A DNA stretch of 64,000 nucleotides from Podarcis liolepis. Its lineage: Eukaryota. The stretch's first letter is position 1; each line of letters opens with the position of its first letter. Both the position numbers and the translations under genes were made by a program. Shown here one piece after another: positions 50,784-63,486 of this stretch. Under the pieces are notes generated by a model. It saw nothing but the letters and a program-made list of their open reading frames with translations, did not search any database and was not told the DNA's origin. The stretch lies in the NCBI GenBank assembly GCA_965112155.1, contig OZ218102.1, one strand, 5' to 3'.

Positions 50784-51099
50784 TACATGCCTTGAAGTTT
50801 TTTGCTCTTCCAAACTCAAAACTCCTGAAATTCTAAAGGTGTGGAGAACATGTAGGCTCTCCAAACTTTATTTAACTTCAGTGCCCATTACCCTCAGCCA
50901 GCATGGCTAATGATGATGGCAACTATAGTCCAGCAGCACCCGGGAGGAACAGAGATTCCCTACCCTTGTCTTTAACGACTAAACAAAATAAAACAGATGA
51001 TTTATCATATTCAGAACAATTGATTGAGGCCAGTAATACTTATTGTAAGAAGCTACTAAGCATTAAGTAGTCCTATGTATCTAATATAAAAAAGGATAC

Positions 51100-51277
51100 T
51101 AAAACTTCTGTCTGTGATTTCTAAATGCCACAGGTTGATTCTTAGGTCATCTGCAGAAAGGTACGTTTCATGATCACTATTTACTGAAATAGAGTTTATG
51201 TGATATGTGTGTGCATTTGCAAATATCCTTCGGGGACTTGCTTCTACCATTAGGTCCATGGGTTTCAATATTGGCAC
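51100..51277 (-). CDS. PPP2R2D: PPP2R2D coding exon ([59 protein letters not shown])
   Basis: ORF 51056..51277; B55 signature [11 protein letters not shown]; followed by a GTATCCTTT donor. Confidence 0.97.
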
Positions 51278-52489
51278 CTAAAAATAGAGAAAGGGAGAGA
51301 AGTTCACTACTACATAAAATATTTATTTAAAGGGCTAATCACTACAATATCTTAAACCTACAAAATCTTTAACGTTACAAAAGTTGCTGGAATGATCTGG
51401 CATTGGATTGCATTTAAAATAGTACTAAGTAGCCCTTTGCTCAAGCAGAACTACTTCTGAATATACCCTAAATCAGTGATTCCCAATTAGCTAAGTACTG
51501 TGGACCCCGTTTTTCAAAAGCCAAGCCATAGACCCCCTACTTTTGAAGACTTTGATATTTCTAATGGTGTACTATTTCAGATCTCAGTCAACTCATACTC
51601 ATACTATCACAAATCCATTCTAAAAATTAGAATTCAAGTGTCAACATACAAGGCATAAACACACTAGCATGCCAAGTAAAACTGCATGACTCAGACCTAT
51701 AGAACCACATGTGTATCAAGTCCTTTCACATTCCTCTGACATCTTGCTTTCTAACTTTTGGCATGCTAATTTGTACATCACTGTTTCAAAAGTAGCTTGA
51801 AATTTTAAATGGCGACTGTCAAACTGTTCTGTGCCTGTGAAAGATTAAGCCGAAAAGGCTCTCTAGCAGCCTGTCTTCAGGGTTCAAAAACAATCAAGAG
51901 TGGTATAACACTGTGCAAGTTTCCAAAAGTGCAAATTTAACCGATATGCAACCATAAGTAGAATCACCTTTTCCTGTTTTCAAATAGCTTAACAATGTTC
52001 CAGAGTATCCAGTAAAGAACAGTATTAAATACACAGATAAAATTGTCTTTGAAATGACTAGGTTAACTGTAGACGTTTCAAGGGAGTTAAACGTCTTGAA
52101 TTAAAGGAACAGAGGAAGCTTCATTTTACCAAGTCAGACTATGGCTACATCTAGGTCAGTATTCTCTATACAGTACTGACTGGCAGTGGCTTTAAAGACA
52201 GAGCTTATCCAGGTGTACCTGGAGATGACAGGGACTGCAGCTGCAACCTTTTTCATGCAAAATTATGTGTTTAGATAATATTTTATTGTTAAGATTCTCT
52301 TTATACAGAGAAAATGGTGCAATGAGTTATAGCGCTTTTCCAACCTGATAGTTTTCTAAGTAGATGTTTAGAAGCTTTCAAAAAAATCAAGTATCTAATC
52401 AAGTTTCTACTTTGCATGATACAACTGTGACACAACAGTTAGTAACGTTGCTTAGATTTTGTTAATTCTAAATAATGGTAACAAAATAC

Positions 52490-52602
52490 CCGTAGTGCTG
52501 TGATTCTAAATGGATCCCGAAGTCTTCCATCTTCATCTTTCAAGTTATAACCTTCAGCTCTTTTATCTCGTTCACTGATTTTCCATAATTTAATAGTTTT
52601 AT
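52490..52602 (-). CDS. PPP2R2D: PPP2R2D coding exon ([38 protein letters not shown])
   Basis: Read manually on the minus strand; 113 nt; phases match both neighbours. Confidence 0.96.
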
Positions 52603-54841
52603 CTGAAAAAAGGAGAAAATATTCAAATGGTTGAAATCAAACAGCACTGAAAGCTACTTTGTCATCTTACAAATAACCCAGTATGGTATACAAGCTGGAC
52701 TAAGAATTTGGACGTGGAGAAGACTGAATGAATGGTTTGTTTATAAACTGAACTCTGCCCAGACAAATCAATTCTAAATGCATAATCTTTGCAAGTGGAA
52801 CATATTATGCAACGGTTGTATAGAAATAATGTGCCACACACACATTCCAGAGATACTCAGGTACACTGTTTCTGTCACACGTAGAGGACTTGGGGGAGCA
52901 GGCGGGCTGGATTTCACTGTGAGCAGGGTTTTAAAGAAGGGAAGGTGCAGTGAAAGCAGCCTCTTCTCCAAAGCTTGTGGGAAGGGCTAGGTCTTGTTTC
53001 ATTTCCAGTGTGATACTTGTGTTTGCTAAGGCATTGTTGAGAAAAAGGGACCTGAACTCTCCCTACCCTTGCACTTTACAGAGAATTGGGAGGCACTTAC
53101 AACTGGTGAGTTTTGAAGCCCAGACCATAATCAATTTTATTTTGGGTAATATTGTGAAGGAGTAAGGAGCTACAAAGCATTGCTTCCACTCTTATTCAGT
53201 CCCTTCCCTTCCCTGAAATTTCAGAAGTACTGATATTACAAAGCATATCTTTGTAACCATACGGGCTAGAGTGGGGCTTTATTTCTCATGAAACTGAATT
53301 CTATTTGATACACAAGCTGCACTTTTTATGCATTCCTGAAGAATGATGGCATATACACAACCCTGTGTTGTATTGGTTTTTCTAGTGGTGGTAAAATTAA
53401 TATAATTTAGGCAACCATTGTATATAGCAATTTGTTAGCAACACACAATGTGAAGTGTCACCGTTCTCTATTACAAAGCTGCAACTTTTATGAAGAACTT
53501 ATGCATAGTTTCTGTATAACCAAGCACACAAATGCATTAGGCCACTAGCATTTATATAATTACGTCAGGAGTGCCTCTAAGAGCCTGAACAATAAGCATT
53601 TGTTTCAGCTGTGCCTGCCACAACAGTCTGCACAACTGAAGAATTTACAATTTCAGTAAGCAACTAAGAACCTTCTTTCAACTATAAGTAGAAAGTCTTA
53701 CACAACAAGTTTTTTAAAATATAAAAAGCACTATCATAATGATGAACAGCCTAGAGTACACTCTGATAAAATGGATATATTTGCCTGATAAATGCTGTAG
53801 ATTATTTGAAGAGAAATAGATACTTTTATACCGAGAAAACATTTCTTCAGATATTTTCATTATGCAAGGTATTTATTATAACATGTAGTCATGTTATTAC
53901 AAAAGTAGTGTTTGGATTTTCTAAAAACAGTATTTTTAAAAATACCCCAGTTAATTTACCTAAGAAAACCAGTGCAAAAATAAAATAAAATAAACTAGCA
54001 CAACGGCTGTAAATCTCTTGGTCCATTGTGTCAAATAGGTTTCTGGAGATATTTTAAACTGAACAGAAAAACATGATTCAGAGATCCTCAACAATACTGT
54101 GGGGGCCAGACTATGTTCAGAAACACAGCACACTTGCAGGTTCCCTGCCACTATAATGCTGTCCTCTTCGGGTGAAAAGTCTCAGTTCAGCAAAGTACAT
54201 TATTAAGCCATGAATTATTAATACTAGCTTGTATAATAGTTAAGAAGCAGAGTGGAGTCTTCAAGGATTTATCGTTTACTAAATTATTAAATATTAAGGT
54301 TTTCGGCATCTTAAATCACTTAATCTAAAGATATATTCTTGTTTGCCCACTCAAGCAAGTGATACCTCTTAAGGTATCAGAAATCTTAAGATGCAAAGGG
54401 TTTGCAGAAAGATCAAAATAATTTGGGCAATTGTGAAAATCTGACACAGGACAAGTAAACACTTCACAAATAATTTCTCTTTAGTGTCTGGAAAAGAACA
54501 GTTGGGAACACTGACAGTGAGAAAGCGTATTGGTTTCCTTTACAAGGAGGGTTACATCATGATGCTGATAGCCTCAATGCTCTTATGTCTAGACCTGGGT
54601 GATTTTTCAATATATCGTTCAAAATTGGTTATGAAGTCCACAGCACGATAACGGTTTCATAAAGAACAACTGAACTAGCTTAGTGAACTATGGCTTACAA
54701 AGCAAGAGAACCCATGGTTCACCAGTTTAAATGTCATGGCAAATTTACACTTTGCTATTAGCTTATGGGCCAGTGTGGGGATTTGGGACTGCAGAAATTG
54801 AAACACCAAATGGCAGGGTTGATTATGACAACAGCAACAAC

Positions 54842-54883
<42 letters not shown>
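54842..54883. repeat. (TAT)n microsatellite
   Basis: Seen directly. Confidence 0.95.
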
Positions 54884-54884
<1 letters not shown>

Positions 54885-54943
54885 GACTTGCTTTTGTAGC
54901 ACCAAGCAGTTATTTGGTGTTGCAAATGAGGAATTCAATTATG

Positions 54944-55152
54944 CAGTGGTACCTTTGTAGTCGAACGGCTTGGCTCCTCAGCAAATTGGCTCCTGAATGC
55001 CACAAACCCGGAAGTGAGTGTTCCGGTTTGCAAATGTTTTTCAGAAGCTGAATGTCCAATGTGAGTGCAGGAAGCTCTTGGAGCCAATTGGCTGTTTTGG
55101 GAGTCGAATGGACTCCCAGAATGGATTAAATTCAGGATCCAAGGTACCACTG
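54944..55152. mobile_element. Tigger/pogo-like MITE
   Basis: TIRs CAGTGGTACCTT / AAGGTACCACTG, followed by TA. Confidence 0.8.
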
Positions 55153-55255
55153 TAGTTACATTAGAAATGATACTATATGTAAGTAGACATGAATGATCTA
55201 GAAGTAATCAGATACAACTAGAACATATGCAGAAAAATGTGTTGTGTAAACTTAC

Positions 55256-55421
55256 CATTTGTAGATAATAAGAAGTGAGCAGCATTCTGTTGTGGTAACC
55301 ACCTAATTTTATTAATTTTTTCCTCAATTTCTAGACTTTTCAAGTAGTCAAACTCAGGTTCATGACTCTGAAAGGTACTGTAAACATTATATTCTCCCCT
55401 TGAATGAGGACGGCTTTTGTT
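55256..55421 (-). CDS. PPP2R2D: PPP2R2D coding exon ([55 protein letters not shown])
   Basis: ORF 55218..55469; contains the B55 signature [15 protein letters not shown]; 166 nt; G|GTAAGT donor. Confidence 0.97.
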
Positions 55422-57421
55422 CTGCAAGGGAACACATATGTGTGAAAAAGTAATTTTTGTAGCATGCACATACTAAGCAGAAGAATTAACAAAGATTCCA
55501 ACAATATCAGAAGTTATTCAATAAACAAATATACTGAATTTATTAAAGCATCTACCTGCCCTCACACTTGCAAAGTACAACAGGAAGAGGTTCTTGCATG
55601 ATAAAGAGGCAACGGAAAGGGTGCAAAGAAGCTGTGTTCACATGTGTGTGAACAAAGAGAGAACCAAAGTTTGTGCTGCAACATATAACAGTCACAGAAG
55701 CAAACTGTTTTCAATCTGCCTCTTTGACTAACGGTTTTGCAGCAAAAACTTGAGAGCTCCTGCCTATATGTTGGCAAACAGCTTTCTTGAATCATAGCCA
55801 CGTCTATTGAAAGGTAGACCTTTACAACTTTATCTGTCATACAAGTTGCAAAAGGAATTATTTACATAAAGGAGAAAAAAATTCAGAAGAGCTGACCTAC
55901 TGAATGACAGGTTGGAATATACCACTGTTCATTTAATTCAAGAAGTGTAATAAATAGCAGTGTTCATTTTATGATCAAGAAGGGGAAGTAGCTTTGAGAT
56001 AAAGCACATGCTATCCATGTAGCAAATCCCCAGATACAATATGGGCTGGGAGAGACGACTGCCTGGGACATTAGGGAGCTGTTGCCAGTGATATGGGGCA
56101 TAAAGTTTTCCAATACTTTATTTTTTAATGGGAAAAAATCTGTTTCATAAGTAACAACAAATGGGTGCCAGCAGCAATCAAATATTAGACAAGCTGGGCA
56201 GTTTTTAGATTTATTTACCAAATACAAGTAAAATGGACCTAAGTTGCATGGAAAATTTTTCTAACTCAACTCCCCCCCCCCCCCAAAAAAAAAAAATCAC
56301 TGGCTGTTGCCAAATCAGAGAATATAATACTGGCCCAATGGTTTAAGTCAGTATATGACTGTTTCACGGTTCATAAACTTGGAGCAATGTCACAAATTAC
56401 CTTTAGTCAGAGAAACCTAGTTCCATTACACATATCTGGAAGCACCATTAAAAAAAAAAAAAGTATCATTCCTTTGTTGTTGCTTTGAAAAAGCAAATGT
56501 ATGGAATCAATTCACTTGTTCTTGCAGCTAGTAATTTTTAACTATTCTGAAAACGAGGATCTTCTTGATTAGCTTTGCATGTGTGTTTTCCACAAAGTTT
56601 TAAATCAGAATTTCTTCCTCATCTGTAGTAAGGTAAGCAGTATTGCACACTGGCTTTTCCCCTTTTACAAAATCTAAAATAAAGCAAGGCTATTCTTGCC
56701 TTGCAGTGCTGCAAGACCTCATTATTTTGTGAACCTTAAACTCCTCACAGTGCACAAAGTGGACTGCAGCCCTAGTTGGAATGAAGACTTACAGGTTTCT
56801 GAGATGGTGTGAATAAATCAGACAGCTTTTTCTAGTACCCTTCTATTTGCAGTTCCTAAAAGTATCAGCAAGTTTTCTCTGTTTTTTTGTTAAGTCCTCT
56901 CTCTAAAGATTGCCAAAGACAAATGTACATTCCTTAACACAATGGTATGACTTAGTGCACACTTTCCCCTTCAACTGACACAATACCTATGTAATAAACA
57001 CGTAAAATAAAAACTAGTAGCCAACCCAAAAATCTTTCTCATCAGTGGCTAAGGATATATATGTAGTGCTTAACCTTTCTTAGTCATCTTATTGTATTCT
57101 TTTTCAGAATAGTTGAACAAGCAATAAAGAACAGATGTTCCTCAAGCCATTGTATTCCTACTTATGAATGTACATACAACTAATGTAGGTAGTATCATCT
57201 GAAAATGAGTAATCTGAAGAATGACTGTGACTTAATGAATTCTGGGGGGAAACATCAATGTACTTGAAATAGTTGGCAGGTAAAGTATAAAGATCAATTT
57301 TTAAAAGAAAATAGCTTGATCATAAATTAAAACTGATGATGTGATGTTGTGATACCATTCACTTTAAACATAAACTGCAAGGGAGAAGAACCACTTTTTT
57401 ATTGCTTTGAATGGCACTGAC

Positions 57422-57519
57422 CTCTGGTTCCCTTTGAAATATAACCACTCTGCCACCCTTGTCTCCTGTTGCAAGAAGATCTCCAGAGTAATTAAATTCA
57501 ACTGTTGAGATAATGTCAG
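57422..57519 (-). CDS. PPP2R2D: PPP2R2D coding exon ([33 protein letters not shown]); most 5' exon in the window
   Basis: Minus-strand AG/GT boundaries; B55 WD40 blade sequence; [11 protein letters not shown] is the delta-type version. Confidence 0.95.
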
Positions 57520-57915
57520 CTGTAAACAGAAAACAGAGACAAAAGTATTATAATGTGTAAAGTGAGGCAAGTACCTTAAGAACAGGGTATACAATTGAAC
57601 GGACAACAGGTCCACATGAATTTGCAAGCTGATTTTCAACTGTACTATTAAAAGTGATGGGTTCTCTCTACAAGCTTTCATCACCTTTTAAGTAGTCCAA
57701 ACATCATGAAGAACAATCTCAAATTTGTGCACTCAACACTGAGTGTGGAAATGTTAAAGATAACAAGATGCAGGGGAGGCTGGCTCATTTCAGTGAATGG
57801 AGCATTGCCCCACCCAATCCAATCTGCTGTCAGCCAATCCCCACCTGCCTGCCTTACCTACAACCATTTCAGGGAGTAGCATTGACTGTCAGGTTCCTCC
57901 TTCTTATGACTCTAA

Positions 57916-58745
57916 AATCAAAGAATCACAGAACTGTAGGGTTGGAAGGGACCTCTAGTCCAACCCCCTACAAAGCAGGAATCTCAAGTAAAACATCCAG
58001 GACAGGTGGTCATCCAGCCTCTGCTGAAAAGCCTCCAAGGAAGGGGAGTCCACAACCTCCTGAAAGAGTCCATTCCACTGTCGAACAGATCTTACTGTCA
58101 GAAAGTTCTTCCCGATGTTTAGTTGGAATCTCCTTTCTTGTAACTTGAATCCAATGGTTTGGGTCCTACCCTCTGAGCAGAAAAAAAAGCTTGCTCCATC
58201 TTCCATGTGACAGCCATTTAGATATTTGAAGAAGGCTATCATACTTCCTCACAGTCACTTTTTTTCCAGGCTAAACATACCCAGCTCCCTCAACCTTTCC
58301 TCATAAGCCTTTGTTTCCATCTTGACCACCCTCCTATGCACACAGAACAGAACAGTACTATGACTTCCCTTGATCTGGACACTATACTTCTGTTGATGCA
58401 GCCTAGAATAGCATTAGCTTTTTTCACTTTTCACTGCTTCATAACACTGTTTACTCATGTTAAGCTTGTGGTCCACTAAGATCCCCAGATCCTTTTCACA
58501 CATACTACCAGCAAGCCAGGTGTCCCCCATCTTATATTTGTGCAGCTGGTTCTTCCTGCCTCCACGTAGAACCTTACATTTGTCCCTATTGAAATTCATT
58601 CTGTCAGTTTGGTCCCAGTTCTCCAATCTGTTAAGACAGTCTAGAATCCCAATTCAGTCTTCTGCAGCATTGGCTACCCCTCCCAGTTTGGTGTCACCTG
58701 CAAATTTGATTAGCACCCCTTCAATTCCTTCGTCCAAGTCGTTTA
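57916..58745 (-). mobile_element. CR1 LINE, 5'-truncated ORF2 end
   Basis: ORFs 58414..58626 (FNRDKCKVL...EKDLGILVDHKLNMS) and 57955..58242 (FKYLNGCH...KNFLTVRSVRQWNGL...DSPSLEAF) match the CR1 RT C-terminus. Confidence 0.9.
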
Positions 58746-60261
58746 TTGTCCTTCCACTGTAGAACTCAGCAGGGAGAAGGATGTGGACAAAACTAGGAGT
58801 CAGTTTTGCCTGTCATTGGCTGTGGCTCCGGGAGTAATTGTCTCCGACGCTATCTCCTGTTTGCCTTCCTCCCTACCAGTTACAATGGGCACCAGCTATG
58901 GATATCAAGATGCCTTTTGAAATTCACAAGCAGCTTAGGCGGTCATGGATGCTCAAAGCACAAAAAGGAGGCCGCCTATATGCAGTAGTGGTCGGTGGGG
59001 CAGTGTAGGCAGGGTTGGTCACCGGTCTTCTGAACACCAGGCGCCATTGCTGGTTCCTGAGAGGCCGCTGAGCCTCCACAATGTCATTTCCCCTCCCTGC
59101 TCGGCTGCACCAACAGCTACTGCCTGCATTTAAAAGCATGCAACCTAGCTCTACTGTAACAATATGACAAATGACAATTTAGGATAAAATTGGGCACACA
59201 TACCATCGGCTCCTGACAGAAACATCAACGGTCTGAGAGAACTGTTGGGGTAGCTCCTTTCCCACACTCCCTGGAGCTCTGTGTGACCTGAGGGAAGGGA
59301 GAAGCGAGGGAGCCCAGGCCAGGAAGCTTGTGCCATCAGCTCCCAGTTGGCCCGAGAAGACTTTACTACTGTACATTTGATATAATTTATTTGCTTTACT
59401 ATTTTAAAATGGTAAACTGCCTTGGATGCCTTGGCAGAGCAGTGGTATATAAATGCAAATAAATAAATAATCCTAGTAATGAATGTTGTCTAAAGGTCAT
59501 GGGTGCATAAGCCTAAACTCTACCTAAAGGACACATGGAAAGCCACTCAGTGTTTTATTTATTTGTTTGACAAAATGTATATACGATTGATTGTAATAAT
59601 ACCTCTAACACAACAACATTTGAAAATGTGGCTTTCCATTTTAAAAAGCCCTCAAGGTTATAGAAAGATACAAACACTATGACCATGGCATTAATTTATC
59701 AGCTTGGAAGGGATAAAACATATTGGGTTGGATCCAGTCTTGCCCTTCAATGGATGAAAGAGCTCCTTGAACATTATCTAATAACTAGATGTAATCTGTT
59801 CCCCAGCCCGCTTGGTTATTATATTCTATTGTGCGAGAAAGATTACTGCTACACTGGATGTACTTACTAGCATTAAGATTCTAAATTTTGAATTATTCAG
59901 TGAATAAATTTGAAACACTACAATAACAGAGCTGAGGAGAGAATGGAGATATTCCTTTTTCTTAAGGAAACATGCTAAGATATTGGCAGACTTGAGCAAA
60001 TCTCAATAAAATGAGAATGAAGTCTGCAGTGCTTTCTATGCCCCCACACCCATTTCCCTTACCGCAAGGTAACACTCTGATGTCAGTATTCCTAGAGTTT
60101 ACTTAATTCCTCTTCCCTCTAGTGAGCAGTATAAGCAGGGTAATAGTGATTTCTAAAGTTAAGGTACACACTATCATGCTAAACCTATAGGCCAGAATCC
60201 AAGTAGCTACACAGATGCACACTCAAACACACCTATGTTGAATCAGTGAGATGTGTACTCA

Positions 60262-60458
60262 ACATTAGGAAGAACTTTCTGATGGTAAGAGCTGTTCAAC
60301 AGTGAAAAAAAACCTACCTTGGAAGGAAGGGAACTTTCCTTCATTGGAGGTTTTAAAACAGAAGTTGGGTGTCATGGATTATTTGGCTGTGATTCCTGCA
60401 TTGCAGGGGGTTGGCTAGATGACGTTTGCAGTCCCTTCCAACTCTACAATTCTATGAC
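60262..60458 (+). mobile_element. CR1 LINE 3' end
   Basis: ACATTAGGAAGAACTTTCTGATGGTAAGAGCTGTT ... CCCTTCCAACTCTACAATTCTATGA. Confidence 0.8.
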
Positions 60459-61095
60459 ACTATTAACTGCTTCAGTTTCAAAATTAACTAATTATGTGGC
60501 ATAGGATGTGCTTGTGTTTGGGCTGCTTCACACAACTGAACCTCACAACTTGAGGAGACAGTACTACACAGTTGTGTAGCTCTGTGGACCCTGGCCTCAC
60601 TCTTTTATGTTTCTTAGGCTGCAATCTGAAGCAGTCTCTACTGAAGACATAGCAACATGCTTTGGAGAAAAACAGGTTTGGCATGGTAAAATTAGTATTT
60701 TAGATTAATAAAACGAACCACCTGCGAACAGATTTCCATAACCTTTGGGGAGTTAGTGAGATAATTTATCTGGCCCATATAAATGTAATAATGGATGGTG
60801 TTGGAGAGGAAATCATTTCTTGTTTCAGAGTTATGCATGGATATTCAAAGCTCCATATTAACAATTTTAGATGCAATAACGGGAAACAGGAAGTGGAAGC
60901 CAATGAGCATAAGCTTGTGCTGTCTGAAATGGCTTGTATCTTCTACCACACAAGTGATTTTTTTACACAAATGAAAACCCTAGAGAACTAGATTAGAATA
61001 GTCTTTGAATGACTTCCATACTAAAAAATAACGTCACCCATAGTTCTCTAGAAAGATGTCTTCATTACCTCTAGTAAGAGCTACCAATCTTTATA

Positions 61096-61359
61096 CAGTG
61101 GTACCCCGCAAGAAGAATGCCTCGCAAGACGAAAAACTCGCTAGACGAAAGGGTTTTTCGGTTTTTGCGTTGCTTCGCTAGACGATTTTCCCTATGGGCT
61201 TGCTTCGCAAGACGAAAACGTCTTGCGAGTTTGTTCGCTTTTTTCTTAAAGCCGCTTGAAGAGGCGCTGTTGCGACGGACTGTGCTTCGCAAGACGAAAA
61301 ACATCGCAAGACGAAAAGACTCGCGGAACGAATTAATTTCGTCTTGCGAGGCACCACTG
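61096..61359. mobile_element. Tigger/pogo-like MITE with iterated CGCAAGACGAA motifs
   Basis: TA-CAGTGGTACCCCGCAAGA ... TCTTGCGAGGCACCACTG-TA. Confidence 0.85.
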
Positions 61360-61444
61360 TAACCTTTTTTTTGGCAGTGATTCAGTCTGCTAGCTCAAAT
61401 TGAATTCCTAGTCACAGGCAGACTTCAGAAATTGCTAGTTATGG

Positions 61445-61554
61445 GGCCACATGACCCGGAAGCTGTCTGCGGTTAAACGCCAGCTCCCTCGGCGCCGCAA
61501 CCCCAGAGTCGTCCACGACTGGACCTAATGGTCAGGGGTACCTATACCTTTACC
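61445..61554 (+). mobile_element. Sauria SINE 3' fragment
   Basis: GGCCACATGACCCGGAAGCTG ... GGTCAGGGGTACCTATACCTTTACC. Confidence 0.85.
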
Positions 61555-61587
61555 CTTGTTACACTATACATTGAAATTAGAGATATA

Positions 61588-62851
61588 CCGTAATTTTTGC
61601 TCCAAAACACACACTTTTTTCCTCCTAGAAAGTAAGGGAAAATACCTGTGCGTGTTACGGAGCAAATGCACTCGACCGGAGCCATGGCTGCCGTCAGTCA
61701 AGCAAAGCGGGAGCCGCTTGCAGGGCTTTGCACAGCTCTAGCTTTGATTGCTTTACAGCCAGGAGGAGAGGGAGGAGCCGAGGAGGAGGGAGGGAAGGAG
61801 AGCCATGGCAGCAAAGCGGGCAGCAGCCGCTTACACGCGAGGAGGGACAGACGGGAGCCATAGCGAGCCGGAAAAAGCGCCGCATAGCCAGCAACAGCTG
61901 CTGCAGCCTCAGCTAGCAAAGGTCCGTGCACTCTCTAAACGGAGCAATGAGGCTTCAGAGGGACGGCAGGGCACAGGAGGGCTCTGAGCCACGAGCGCAG
62001 TGAAAACCAGTAAAAAAGTTTTTTAAAAGGCTGCTGGGGACAGGAGGGCACGGGATGAGGGAGAGGGGGAAATTCGATTCTCCCAGCATCTCAGCTGATC
62101 CGCTGAGCAGGACTTGGGTTGCAGGGGATTCGCCATTAGCTGCGTAAAGCAGCAAAGAGGGAGAGAAGGAGCAAAGCGGGAGAGGAAAGGAACTGCTTAC
62201 ACTGCTGTAAGTGGCTGCTGTCCGGTTGGCTCCTTTAAAGCAACAGTGCTCTTTCCCTCCCCCCTCAGCTCACCAAAAAGCTCCTTTTCCACACACCCCA
62301 CGCAAGCTTCTTCTCCCCTTAAACCCCTCACCTGCATTATTAGCCGCATCCTTCTCTACACACCCCACGAGTGTTCCTTCTCCCCTTAAACCCCTCTTCT
62401 GCATTATTAGCAGCATCCTTCTCCACACACCCCACGCGTGTTCCTTGTCCCTTGAATGCTTTTCCTTCCCTCCCCACTTAAAACGTGGTTACAAATCACG
62501 GATCCACATGGATCCCCAGGATTTTTGCACTGGGTCACCCCAAGTTCACCATCAGATCACATAGCATATCTATGGCCACAGCCTGCACCAAAAAACACAC
62601 ACACACACCCACTGTTTCATGGGGCTGCAATGGCGCAAAAACGTGGTTACAAAGCATGGATCCACGTGGATCCTCAGGATTTTTGCATTGGGCTACCCCA
62701 AACTCACCGTCAGATCACGTCTGTGGCCATAGCATGAACCACAAAAATCATACATCCACTGTTTCGTTTAGAATATTTTTTTCTTGTTTTCCTCCTCTAA
62801 AAACTACGTGCGTGTTATGGTCAGGTGCGTGTTATAGAGCGAAAAATACGG
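61588..62851. mobile_element. 1.26-kb non-autonomous Tc2-like DNA transposon with a GC-rich interior
   Basis: TA TSD at both ends; TIRs CCGTAATTTTTGCTCCAAAACAC / GTGTTATAGAGCGAAAAATACGG; subterminal GTGCGTGTTA repeats; no transposase ORF. Confidence 0.85.
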
Positions 62852-63269
62852 TACTTAAAACGTTTATGGATTTGTGGTTCATTAAGTGACCCAAGAAGGT
62901 GTAAAATATGAATTATGTTTGATAACAAAGGGAGTAGAATATGCAAGTTCTTAACCAATTTAGAGTCTCTAGAACACAAATATCAGCCTAAGTGGGAACA
63001 ATATATGCTGATTAAATAATATACCCAGAAATTACAGATTGTTGATGGAAATGTGAAATGCCTGGAACAAATATATTCCACCTTATTAGGCATGTATGAA
63101 GATTCAGACATTTTAGAATTTTATCAGAAATTCTAGTAAAAAATATGCCAGCAGATCCAAAGGTAATAGTTGGTTATCTTAAGAATGGCATACTAGAAGA
63201 AGACACAGAAATGACAATTTGCTAATGACAGCCAGAATTACCATCTCCCCTTCTGTAGATTTCTGTCTA

Positions 63270-63486
63270 CAGTGGTACCTCGGGTTAAGTACTTAATTCG
63301 TTCCGGAGGTCCGTACTTAACCTGAAACTGTTCTTAACCTGAAGACCACTTTAGCTAATGGGGCCTCCTGCTGCCGCCGCAGCACAATTTCTGTTCTCAT
63401 CCTGAAGCAAAGTTCTTAACCTGAAGCACTATTTCTGGGTTAGTGGAGTCTGTAACCTGATGCGTATGTAACCTGAGGTACCACTG
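63270..63486. mobile_element. Tigger/pogo-like MITE (same family as 40000-40208)
   Basis: TA-CAGTGGTACCTCGGGTT ... AACCTGAGGTACCACTG-TA. Confidence 0.88.

Larger units (their letters stand above)
49867..51099 (-). other. PPP2R2D: U12-type (minor spliceosome) GT-AG intron of PPP2R2D
   Basis: 5' splice site GTATCCTTTT matches the U12 consensus. The 3' end (ACCTATACAAACAAACTTTCAG) lacks a polypyrimidine tract. Confidence 0.85.

Noticed and set aside
61096-61359. CRISPR-like repeat array
   Set aside because: Eukaryotic context; the repeats are 11 bp, irregularly spaced, in both orientations and inside a MITE.
61660-62200. PPP2R2D promoter or first exon
   Set aside because: It lies inside a TA-flanked TIR element and contains no QWCFSQVKG exon; the real 5' exons are outside the window.
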